Shown: in pieces, positions 1 to 6,866 of the stretch
Position numbering within the stretch: the stretch's first letter is position 1
Layout: each line of letters starts with the position of its first letter
Notes under the pieces: model-generated
Seen by the model: the letters and a program-made list of their open reading frames with translations, nothing else
What the model was told of the DNA's origin: nothing
Databases searched by the model: none
Source: a bacterium
GTDB lineage: Bacteria; JBBIVP01
Direction of reading: 5' to 3'
Assembly (NCBI GenBank): GCA_037439705.1
Contig: JBBIVP010000002.1
Coordinates: forward strand, 1 to 35,692
DNA: 35,692 nt
Translations under genes and position numbers: made by a program

Positions 1-501
1 GGGATGGAGGAGACCGGTTATAAGAACTTTTCTGCTTTCAAATTTCTTTATAATATAGGGAGTGAATGGATTGTTGCCATTTTCATCATATAAATTTGCA
101 AGGACGATTGTGAGCCCATTTTTTTCAGATTCATTTTTCAAAAACTGGAGACCATAGAAAAAGTCCATTTCCCCGGGAGTTATTGCATCATATCCTATTT
201 TTGCAAAAGATTCCATTATCAGTCTTGTCCTCAAGAAATGGATGAAGAGATTATCCTGAGGTTGTCCTGAAAAGTCTCCCGCATCAACGAGAATGGCGTG
301 TTCGGAGAATGCCTTTTCTTTCAGAACAAGGGTTTTCAAAATTGAAAGGTCACCTAAATACTCCTCAGGTGTTCTTATTGATTTTATCTTTCCCCTTATG
401 TCTGCTGTGAAAAGGATGGTGAGGGTGTCTTCTTCAGAAATGAAAAGGTTACAGTTCGCAAAAAAACTAACCAAAAACAAACTCAACAGCTTCCTGAACA
501 T
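1..501 (-). CDS. Secreted calcineurin-like metallophosphoesterase / 5'-nucleotidase-type N-terminal domain (partial, 3' end beyond window)
   Basis: Absent from the ORF track because no stop lies inside the window. Reverse-strand ATG at 501 is preceded by AAGGAGG. It translates MFRKLLSLFLVSFFANC (signal peptide), then TILFTADIRG, VDAGDFSGQP and GYDAITPGEMDF, the order and spacing of 5'-nucleotidase/phosphoesterase motifs. Overlaps the radA 3' end by 35 nt. The plus-strand ORF 293..529 is its antisense shadow. Confidence 0.7.
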   Translation of the reverse strand, partial: MFRKLLSLFLVSFFANCNLFISEEDTLTILFTADIRGKIKSIRTPEEYLGDLSILKTLVLKEKAFSEHAILVDAGDFSGQPQDNLFIHFLRTRLIMESFAKIGYDAITPGEMDFFYGLQFLKNESEKNGLTIVLANLYDENGNNPFTPYIIKKFESRKVLITGLLHP

Positions 502-1801
502 TTTTTACCTCCTTTATTTCTATATCTAATTTTTTAGTTTTTTCTAATGGAGGAACTATTGCGATTTCAAATCCCAATTTTTTTGCTTCTAAAAGTCTCT
601 TTTCAGTTCCTGCAACCCTTCTTACTTCTCCTGTGAGCCCTATTTCCCCGAAGGCAACAATTTTTGGACCTATCTTTTTGTTTTTCAAACTGGATATAAC
701 TGCGAGAAGCACAGGCAGGTCAGCAGAAGGGTCTTTGATGAAAATTCCTCCAACAACATTAACAAATACATCCCTTGTTTTAAGGTCAACTCCAAGCTTG
801 TTCTCTAAAACTGCTAAAAGTATTGAAACCCTGTTATAATCAACTCCCATAGAAACCCTTCGTGGTGTTCCAAAAGGGGTGTATGAGGTTAAAGCCTGGA
901 TTTCAAGAAAAAAAACCCTGTTCCCCTCAATGTGAGGAAAAGCCACGCTTCCAGGACTATCAAGTGTGCTTTCTGAAATGAAAAAGGAAGATGTATTTTT
1001 TACCTCCCTTAATCCTCCTTCTTCCATCTCAAAAATTCCAACTTCATTTGTTGAGCCAAAACGATTTTTTATGCTTCTCAAAATCCTTAATGAAGTATGT
1101 CTTTCTCCTTCAAGGTAAAGAACTGTATCAACTATGTGTTCTACAAGTCTTGGTCCGGCTATAATTCCCTCCTTTGTGACATGAGCAAGAAAAAAACCAG
1201 ATATTCCGTTCATTTTACAGAATCTGGTAAGCCTTTGTGTTACCTCTTTCAACTGTGAAGGGGTTCCGGGAAGGGATGGAATTTCTGATATTTTCATTGT
1301 TTGAAGCGAATCAAAGATGGCAACAGATGGGTTTATTTTTTCAAGTCCTTCCTCCACTACTTCCACTTCAGTTTCTGAAGAAAAAAATACATTTTCACCT
1401 GAAAAACCTATTCTCTTTGCTCTCATCTTTATCTGAGTGAGTGATTCCTCTCCGCTCACATACAAAACCTTTTTTCCCCTTTTGCTGAATGCATCTGCAA
1501 TCTGAAGCATAAGCGTTGATTTCCCAATTCCAGGTTCTCCTCCAACCAGAACCTGAGTTCCCACTACCAGCCCTCCACCCATTACCCTGTCAAACTCTTC
1601 AATCTCTGTTTTTGTTCTTTCTTCCTTCTCTCCCTCCAGTTCAGAAAACATTTTTATCGTCATAGTACTTTTCTTTTTTTTCTCTTTTTTCACCTCCATT
1701 TCCCTGAATGTATCCCATTCCTCACACTGAGGACACCTACCTAACCATTTGGGAGTTGTATAACCGCAGACCTCACATATAAATACATTTTTTTTCTTCA
1801 C
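467..1801 (-). CDS. radA: DNA repair protein RadA/Sms
   Basis: N-terminal CxxC...CxxC zinc finger (CEVCGY...CPQC), Walker A GEPGIGKST, KNRFG motif, and a Lon-protease-like C-terminal domain. Confidence 0.95.
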   Translation of the reverse strand: MKKKNVFICEVCGYTTPKWLGRCPQCEEWDTFREMEVKKEKKKKSTMTIKMFSELEGEKEERTKTEIEEFDRVMGGGLVVGTQVLVGGEPGIGKSTLMLQIADAFSKRGKKVLYVSGEESLTQIKMRAKRIGFSGENVFFSSETEVEVVEEGLEKINPSVAIFDSLQTMKISEIPSLPGTPSQLKEVTQRLTRFCKMNGISGFFLAHVTKEGIIAGPRLVEHIVDTVLYLEGERHTSLRILRSIKNRFGSTNEVGIFEMEEGGLREVKNTSSFFISESTLDSPGSVAFPHIEGNRVFFLEIQALTSYTPFGTPRRVSMGVDYNRVSILLAVLENKLGVDLKTRDVFVNVVGGIFIKDPSADLPVLLAVISSLKNKKIGPKIVAFGEIGLTGEVRRVAGTEKRLLEAKKLGFEIAIVPPLEKTKKLDIEIKEVKNVQEAVEFVFG

Positions 1802-2766
1802 AGTTGAACTATTGTTCTTTTTAAAACTCTTTTTTTGAGGTGGACTGGCATATTCAGTAAATCGTCTATTTTCTGGAGCAATTTTTCCTTTTCCTCCGGA
1901 AGTTTTCCATTGAGGTCTATGTAGTTTGACACATGGTCTGTTAAAAATTCAGATGTTACATCAAGATTTTCTATCAGAAGTTTTAATTCTTTCATAATAG
2001 TTTCAGGAGATGCCTCTACGAAATCTCCGCTTTCCATCTTTTCATAAAGAGGAGTAAACGGAAGCAGGACAAGTGTTCTGATTCTTATGAAATGAGGATT
2101 TATTTTATTGAGTGCGTCCGCAGTATTTTGTGCATGTTCCATCCACCTCTTTTCTCCACCAAGACCGCTTATCACATATTCGCTCAACTCAAATCCTGCA
2201 TCTTTTGCTTTAAGTCCAGCCTCAACTGCTTCTGAAGACCTTACTCCCTTTTTAACATATTCCAGTATGAAATCATCTCCACTTTCAAGTCCTACATGAA
2301 GCCTTGTGAGTCCTGCTTCTCTTATTGCTTTTAAATCCTCAAATTTTTTATTCAGTATTGTTCTTGACCTTGCATAACTTGTAATCCTCTGAACCACTGG
2401 AAATTTTTTCTTTATGTACTTTATAATTTCAATCAAAACATATGGTTTAATGACAAGGCTGTCCGAATCTCCTATGAAAACATTTTTCACCTCTCCCTGA
2501 AGAAGCCACGGTATTCCGAGAGCAGAACCTATGTACCTGACATCTCCGCCGTAACCCTTGAGCCATGCCATTTCCTTAGCCCTTTCATAGATTTCCCTAA
2601 AAGAATCAATGTCCCTTTTTATTTCTTCTATCTCTCTCATTTGGAATTTTACAGTTTTGTACATTCCGCAGAACTCACATCTGTTCCAAGGGCAGTTTCT
2701 TGTTACTCTTATCAGCAAGCTGTATGCTTCCGATGGCGGTCTGAATGGCGGAAGTTCAAAGGTCAT
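1798..2766 (-). CDS. Radical SAM protein (no B12 domain), unknown substrate
   Basis: Cys triad CPWNRCEFCGMY near the N-terminus. Downstream GDSD, GLESG and similar strand motifs are typical of the radical SAM TIM barrel. 4-nt overlap with the radA start; 2-nt gap after the upstream surface-protein gene. Confidence 0.8.
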   Translation of the reverse strand: MTFELPPFRPPSEAYSLLIRVTRNCPWNRCEFCGMYKTVKFQMREIEEIKRDIDSFREIYERAKEMAWLKGYGGDVRYIGSALGIPWLLQGEVKNVFIGDSDSLVIKPYVLIEIIKYIKKKFPVVQRITSYARSRTILNKKFEDLKAIREAGLTRLHVGLESGDDFILEYVKKGVRSSEAVEAGLKAKDAGFELSEYVISGLGGEKRWMEHAQNTADALNKINPHFIRIRTLVLLPFTPLYEKMESGDFVEASPETIMKELKLLIENLDVTSEFLTDHVSNYIDLNGKLPEEKEKLLQKIDDLLNMPVHLKKRVLKRTIVQL

Positions 2767-2768
2767 TT

Positions 2769-4412
2769 TCAGAAATCAAATACTATTCCTACATAAAGGT
2801 TTTTGCTTGTGAAATCCCACCTTTCAAACCTTTCACCGAAGGGATAGGATTTTCTGTTTATTCTCTGAACGATATATTCGGCGTAGATGCCCGTGTAGTT
2901 CACTCCGAAGTCTTCGTCCATCTTGCTCGCATGCTTTTTGTCAATAAAGTCAAGGACTAAAATAAGCCCTCCTCCGTAGTGGTAGCCTCCCGCAACTCCT
3001 TTTTCGGGAGTTTTTCCATCAACGATTTTTTCCATAAAGAAGACCCAGTCAAATCCTCCCCTTCCGTAGGGAATAAGGGGCTGGTCTTTTATGAATTCAA
3101 GCCTGTAGAAGGAACTCAATCGTAACGGAAAGATGTAGAAGATATGGTCCCTTGCAGAGGATTCAACACTTCCGTTTTCTATCACCTGTCCGTAACCCTT
3201 TTCCCTGAAGAATCCTCCCCTTAAAGATATACCGAGAACCCCAAAGTACTTGTACTTGAGAAATTCCCAACCAACTTCACCCTCAACCAGAAAGTGTCCT
3301 CCGCTTCCATATATTTCATCCCAGTGATACGAACTCAATTTGTCCGGATGATAATTCGTTCCTGAAATGCTTACTGTCCAGTGCCTCGGAGATTCTGAAA
3401 ACGCATTATCAACAAGGAGAAATATTGCCAGAGGGATAAAGATGGATTTTTTTCTTAAAAAGATAAAAGGGAGCAGGAACATGACGAGAAGTATTCTGTC
3501 ATCAAAAAGGAGAAAGATAATTTTAAAAATCCCTTTTATAAAAGAGGGCAATCCATTAACCAGGTGGAATAGAGTTTTGTAATAAAATTGAAGGATTTTT
3601 GCACCCAGAGGAAGTTTTTTCAGACCATCCCTTATCACCCTCAGAATCTCATATCTCCCGTGAGGATTAAGGGTTGTTATTACACATCCACCTTCTTCAT
3701 CCACAAAATCACTCACCCCCATTGTCTCATACGGAGTACCTTCTATTTCAGTAGATAATGGACTCGTCATATCGCTGTAATCAACAGCTCTAATTGAAAG
3801 GAAATACCTCTTTCCGTTTTCCAGATCGGAGAGAGTATAAGAAGTGGCTTCTCCAGAATTAACATCCACTTCATGAAGGTATAAGTCTAAACTCGGAGAT
3901 GTAACAGGTGAATCCGAATTTTCCGCTTCTCTCCAGTAAATTTCAAACCTCTTTATGTCCCTGTCAGGATGTTTGTCCCAGGAAAGAAATAAAACAGAAT
4001 TTCCCCCTTTTGCTTCAAAACCATAAGGAGTATCAGGAATATCGTCAAGGGTTATAGTGATATTTGTTTTGATTACATCTCCTCCTTCAGAAAGAGTAAT
4101 GTATATGTAAATGTTGTAGTCTCCATCTCCTTCTTTAAAGTCTTCCCATGGTTTTATTTTTGTAGAGACATAAGTATTTGAACTTATGTTTCCTTCAGGA
4201 TTTTCCGAGATTTCCTCTCCTGTTCCAATTTCTCCAGTTCCTCCAACCTCAATCTTATATTTTCCTGGGGTGTCTGATTTCCATTTTATTGTTATCTCCT
4301 GGCTTTCTGTAACTGTGCTTGAAGGGGTTATTTCTTCAACCGTGATTGTTGCTGGAAATCCGTTTTTTACTAAAAGAAACGCTATAAATATTGAAAATAA
4401 AATTTTCTTCAT
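2769..4412 (-). CDS. Composite surface protein: signal peptide + FN3-like module + Gly-Gly-Cys box/helical anchor + second signal-like segment + porin-like beta-barrel ending in Phe
   Basis: N-terminal signal peptide MKKILFSIFIAFLLVKNGFPA. FN3-like block PDTPYGFEAKGGNSVLFLSWD...YFLSIRAVD. GGC at aa 241-243 (Cys codon 3684..3686), followed by EILRVIRDGL...LQFYYKT and hydrophobic helices. KKSIFIPLAIFLLVDNAFS-E looks like a second signal peptide. The C-terminal ~210 aa show alternating aromatic/Gly-rich beta-strand patterns and end ...YVGIVFDF. Confidence 0.7.
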   Translation of the reverse strand: MKKILFSIFIAFLLVKNGFPATITVEEITPSSTVTESQEITIKWKSDTPGKYKIEVGGTGEIGTGEEISENPEGNISSNTYVSTKIKPWEDFKEGDGDYNIYIYITLSEGGDVIKTNITITLDDIPDTPYGFEAKGGNSVLFLSWDKHPDRDIKRFEIYWREAENSDSPVTSPSLDLYLHEVDVNSGEATSYTLSDLENGKRYFLSIRAVDYSDMTSPLSTEIEGTPYETMGVSDFVDEEGGCVITTLNPHGRYEILRVIRDGLKKLPLGAKILQFYYKTLFHLVNGLPSFIKGIFKIIFLLFDDRILLVMFLLPFIFLRKKSIFIPLAIFLLVDNAFSESPRHWTVSISGTNYHPDKLSSYHWDEIYGSGGHFLVEGEVGWEFLKYKYFGVLGISLRGGFFREKGYGQVIENGSVESSARDHIFYIFPLRLSSFYRLEFIKDQPLIPYGRGGFDWVFFMEKIVDGKTPEKGVAGGYHYGGGLILVLDFIDKKHASKMDEDFGVNYTGIYAEYIVQRINRKSYPFGERFERWDFTSKNLYVGIVFDF

Positions 4413-4418
4413 AGGGGG

Positions 4419-4447
4419 AGTATATCACTTCAACTTAATTCATTCAA
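4419..4447 (-). promoter_or_regulatory. Sigma70-like promoter of the FN3/barrel operon, leaderless geometry
   Basis: Reverse strand: TTGAAT (4447..4442) - 17 nt - TATACT (4424..4419) - 6 nt - ATG (4412). No Shine-Dalgarno sequence in between. Confidence 0.35.
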
Positions 4448-4452
4448 GTTAA

Positions 4453-4481
4453 TTGATTTTAATAAAAAATGCTGGTAAAAT
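4453..4481 (+). promoter_or_regulatory. Sigma70-like promoter of tatA, leaderless geometry
   Basis: TTGATT (4453..4458) - 17 nt - TAAAAT (4476..4481) - 7 nt - ATG (4489). No Shine-Dalgarno sequence. Confidence 0.35.
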
Positions 4482-4488
4482 AATTTCT

Positions 4489-4677
4489 ATGATAGGGACA
4501 TTTGAGCTGATCCTGATTGCAGTAATAATTCTCCTTATTTTTGGGGCTGGAAAACTACCTGAACTCGGAGAGGGACTGGGAAAGGGGATAAGAAATTTTA
4601 AGAAGGCTTTGAAGGGACAGGATGAGATTGATGTTACACCTTTAAAAAAAGAAGAGGAAAAAGAAAAAAGAAATTAG
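4489..4677 (+). CDS. tatA: Twin-arginine translocase subunit TatA/E
   Basis: MIGTFELILIAVIILLIFGAGKLPELGEGLGKGIRNFKKAL is the TatA TM helix, FG hinge and amphipathic helix. The track ORF starts at a TTG (4453); the ATG at 4489 gives the canonical N-terminus. Confidence 0.85.
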   Translation: MIGTFELILIAVIILLIFGAGKLPELGEGLGKGIRNFKKALKGQDEIDVTPLKKEEEKEKRN

Positions 4678-4679
4678 GG

Positions 4680-5417
4680 TTATTTGAGAAGCCCGCTCTT
4701 TATTTCTACGAAAAAGCGTGCAGCATCTTTCACATAGGGGTGAATTTCTCGCTGGTTTAAAATCGGCTTTATGTCCTGGATTAAAAGATGGGGGATAAGG
4801 GCTATGGAGATTGATACAGGCGTATGTGGATTCCAGAATAAAGCAGTTTTTATTGAATATCTGGAAATCCATTTTTCATTGTGATAGATTTCCTTGAGAA
4901 TTTCAGGTGATATATTTCTTCTCGCTGCTATTTTTACTATCTCCCTTTCTGTTAGCAGGGAATTGTTGAGGAGTTCCCTTATCACCTCCGGATTTCTGTC
5001 GTAGGTGAGTTTCTCAAGAAGTCTTCTGTTAAACTGTCTTGCATAAAATTTTTTGTGTCCCAAAGAGAATTCATCCAGTTCTGGAAATGACGGTGTTTCT
5101 TCGTCAATGAGTGATGGCATTTTCGCATCATCGGTAAATAACCATAGAACCCTTGTATATTCAAATTCCCTTGCTAAATCCTTTATATAAATACACCTTT
5201 CCCTTCCAAAACATTTTTCCCTTTCCAGAGGGTCTCCCAGTATGAGGAGAATTTTCTGAAAAGTTATGTTGCCTCTGTATGCCTGAGTTATTATCCAATC
5301 AATGTTTTCAACACTTTCAAAATCTGAAATTTCACTGAAAAATTCCTTAAGTTTTGCAGTGAGCATTCTTCTTTCGTTAATGGTTTTAAAGAAATCTGCT
5401 TCAATTAGACACTTCAT
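4680..5417 (-). CDS. Hypothetical helical-repeat protein (HEAT / leucine-rich-repeat-variant-like)
   Basis: Repeated ...NPxxxxELL.../...NPHTP... helical units in the C-terminal half. ATGA overlap with the upstream zinc-ribbon gene. The family name is not certain. Confidence 0.55.
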   Translation of the reverse strand: MKCLIEADFFKTINERRMLTAKLKEFFSEISDFESVENIDWIITQAYRGNITFQKILLILGDPLEREKCFGRERCIYIKDLAREFEYTRVLWLFTDDAKMPSLIDEETPSFPELDEFSLGHKKFYARQFNRRLLEKLTYDRNPEVIRELLNNSLLTEREIVKIAARRNISPEILKEIYHNEKWISRYSIKTALFWNPHTPVSISIALIPHLLIQDIKPILNQREIHPYVKDAARFFVEIKSGLLK

Positions 5418-6547
5418 TTTTTATAATCAATTATCTGAATTTTTACTTCTGCTTCAGGAGGTGGGTCATAAAAGACAGCCATAAAATCAACCCCCTTTTC
5501 AGGTGCAACATTCACATTTGAAAACATTTCGCCAATTTCGTTCTTAAGGCGCTCATAAACCTGAGACGGCGGAAGTTCTCTGATTTCCTCTTCCTTCAGT
5601 ATGTTGCCTGCATAAAATTCTATAGAGGATTTTTCAAATCCATCTTCACCGTATAGTGATGCTCTGAGCTTTATATTGCTTACAACCATATTTCTGGGCT
5701 TTACCTTTCCAATAAGATACCATACTCTTTCTCCCCTTGCGTTTACAAGAAGTGCTTTTTTTGTAATCTTTACTTCAAATTCCGAATTTTCTTTTGCAGT
5801 CTCAAAAAATCTATTGAAAAACAATTCTCCTTTCCACAGATATAATCCTCCTGCACCACCGATAAGGATTAACAGGCTTATTAAGATGGCTACAATTCTG
5901 CTTTTTCTTTCTTCTTTTACCTGTTTTCCCATCGGAGATTTTTTTAGGGGTGTTTTTTTGATAACAGGAGAGGGACGGACTGGCTGAGCAACAGGTTTTT
6001 CAGGTTCCTCCATTAACGGTCTCGGTGTTTCTTCAACCGGCTCCTCTGTGAAAAGTAATTCTGTGATCATCTCAAAGGATGAAAGTTTTTCTTCAGGTTT
6101 TTCTTCAGGTTTTTCTTCGGGTTTTTCTTCGGGGAGAGTTTCTTTAAAAATCAGATTATCTGACACCTTTTCTTCTTCAGGGGTGTCAAGTTTCCAGTCG
6201 GCGATTCCCGGCAAATCGGTCGTAAATGTTTCTTCGGATGGTTCTTCTTTTCCGAGTGAAAATCCGGAGTCAATAAATTGTTCTTCCTGATTTTCCACTC
6301 CTGAAGTCCGCTCTAAACTGCTTTTCAGTTCCTCATCGGGCATATAAAATCCTTCATCCTCTGTAAATTTTGTGGGCGGCGGTTCGGGTATGGATGGTGG
6401 TGGAGGTGGAGGAGAAGATTTTTTAACCTTCTTTCTTACGACAAGTTTGACACCGCATCCCGAACACGGAATTTTTGTACCCATTTCGGTTAGACTTTCA
6501 TCTTCAACCATATTAAGGGTTCCGCACTTTGGACATTTTACTTCCAT
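5414..6547 (-). CDS. Zinc-ribbon (MJ0042-type CxxC finger) membrane protein with a Pro/Glu-rich linker, one TM helix and a DUF3426-like C-terminal domain
   Basis: MEVKCPKCGT...IPCSGCGVKL zinc ribbon, poly-Pro run, PEEK x4 repeat, and TM helix IVAILISLLILIGGAGGLYLW. The beta-rich C-terminal domain follows the usual zinc-ribbon/DUF3426 architecture (recognised from memory). Confidence 0.65.
   Translation of the reverse strand: MEVKCPKCGTLNMVEDESLTEMGTKIPCSGCGVKLVVRKKVKKSSPPPPPPSIPEPPPTKFTEDEGFYMPDEELKSSLERTSGVENQEEQFIDSGFSLGKEEPSEETFTTDLPGIADWKLDTPEEEKVSDNLIFKETLPEEKPEEKPEEKPEEKLSSFEMITELLFTEEPVEETPRPLMEEPEKPVAQPVRPSPVIKKTPLKKSPMGKQVKEERKSRIVAILISLLILIGGAGGLYLWKGELFFNRFFETAKENSEFEVKITKKALLVNARGERVWYLIGKVKPRNMVVSNIKLRASLYGEDGFEKSSIEFYAGNILKEEEIRELPPSQVYERLKNEIGEMFSNVNVAPEKGVDFMAVFYDPPPEAEVKIQIIDYKK
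6086..6133. repeat. 12-nt tandem repeat x4 inside the CDS (encodes PEEK x4)
   Basis: tttttcttcagg / tttttcttcagg / tttttcttcggg / tttttcttcggg read directly from the sequence. Confidence 0.9.
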
Positions 6548-6553
6548 AATTTT

Positions 6554-6582
6554 ATTTTACTAATTTTCTCCTTGACACTCAA
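6554..6582 (-). promoter_or_regulatory. Sigma70-like promoter of the zinc-ribbon operon, leaderless geometry
   Basis: Reverse strand: TTGAGT (6582..6577) - 17 nt - TAAAAT (6559..6554) - 6 nt - ATG (6547). Confidence 0.35.
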
Positions 6583-6601
6583 GTTTTTTGTATGATAAAA
6601 T
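6572..6601 (+). promoter_or_regulatory. Sigma70-like promoter (extended -10) for the small membrane protein gene
   Basis: TTGACA (6572..6577) - 18 nt containing TG at 6593-6594 - TAAAAT (6596..6601). AAAGGAGG follows, 6 nt before the ATG at 6621. Confidence 0.45.
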
Positions 6602-6620
6602 TTAAAAAAGGAGGATTGAA

Positions 6621-6866
6621 ATGAAGCTGGACCTGAAAGCCACTGCTTTAGCGGGCGGGATACTCTGGGGTTTAACGGTTTTTTTAGCAACCATATGGAT
6701 AGTAATAAAAGGTGGTGGGTTAACCCTCATGAAACTATCCCAGTTTTATATAGGTTATTCGGTCAGCATCCCTGGAGCATTCATAGGTGGAATTTACGGA
6801 TTTTTTCACGGATTTATCGCTTGCCTCATTTTTGCCCTTCTCTATAACCTTTTTGTGAAGGGTTAG
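6621..6866 (+). CDS. Small integral membrane protein (about 3 TM segments), unknown function
   Basis: Strong Shine-Dalgarno AAAGGAGG. The 81-aa product is almost entirely hydrophobic and Gly-rich helices. Its stop codon overlaps the convergent cytochrome gene stop (TTAG at 6863..6866). Confidence 0.6.
   Translation: MKLDLKATALAGGILWGLTVFLATIWIVIKGGGLTLMKLSQFYIGYSVSIPGAFIGGIYGFFHGFIACLIFALLYNLFVKG

Noticed and set aside
293-529. 78-aa plus-strand ORF from the track
   Set aside because: It lies antisense to a well-supported minus-strand phosphoesterase gene (1..501) and the radA 3' end. It has no Shine-Dalgarno sequence and a low-complexity product.
3480-3482. Annotating the beta-barrel half of 2769..4412 as a separate gene starting at internal Met311
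   Set aside because: No stop codon separates the halves and no Shine-Dalgarno sequence precedes the ATG. I kept a single CDS and reported the architecture as a finding.
6086-6133. The 12-nt tandem repeat as a CRISPR-like or regulatory repeat
   Set aside because: The units are contiguous with no spacers, in frame, and inside a CDS (PEEK x4). It is a coding low-complexity repeat.
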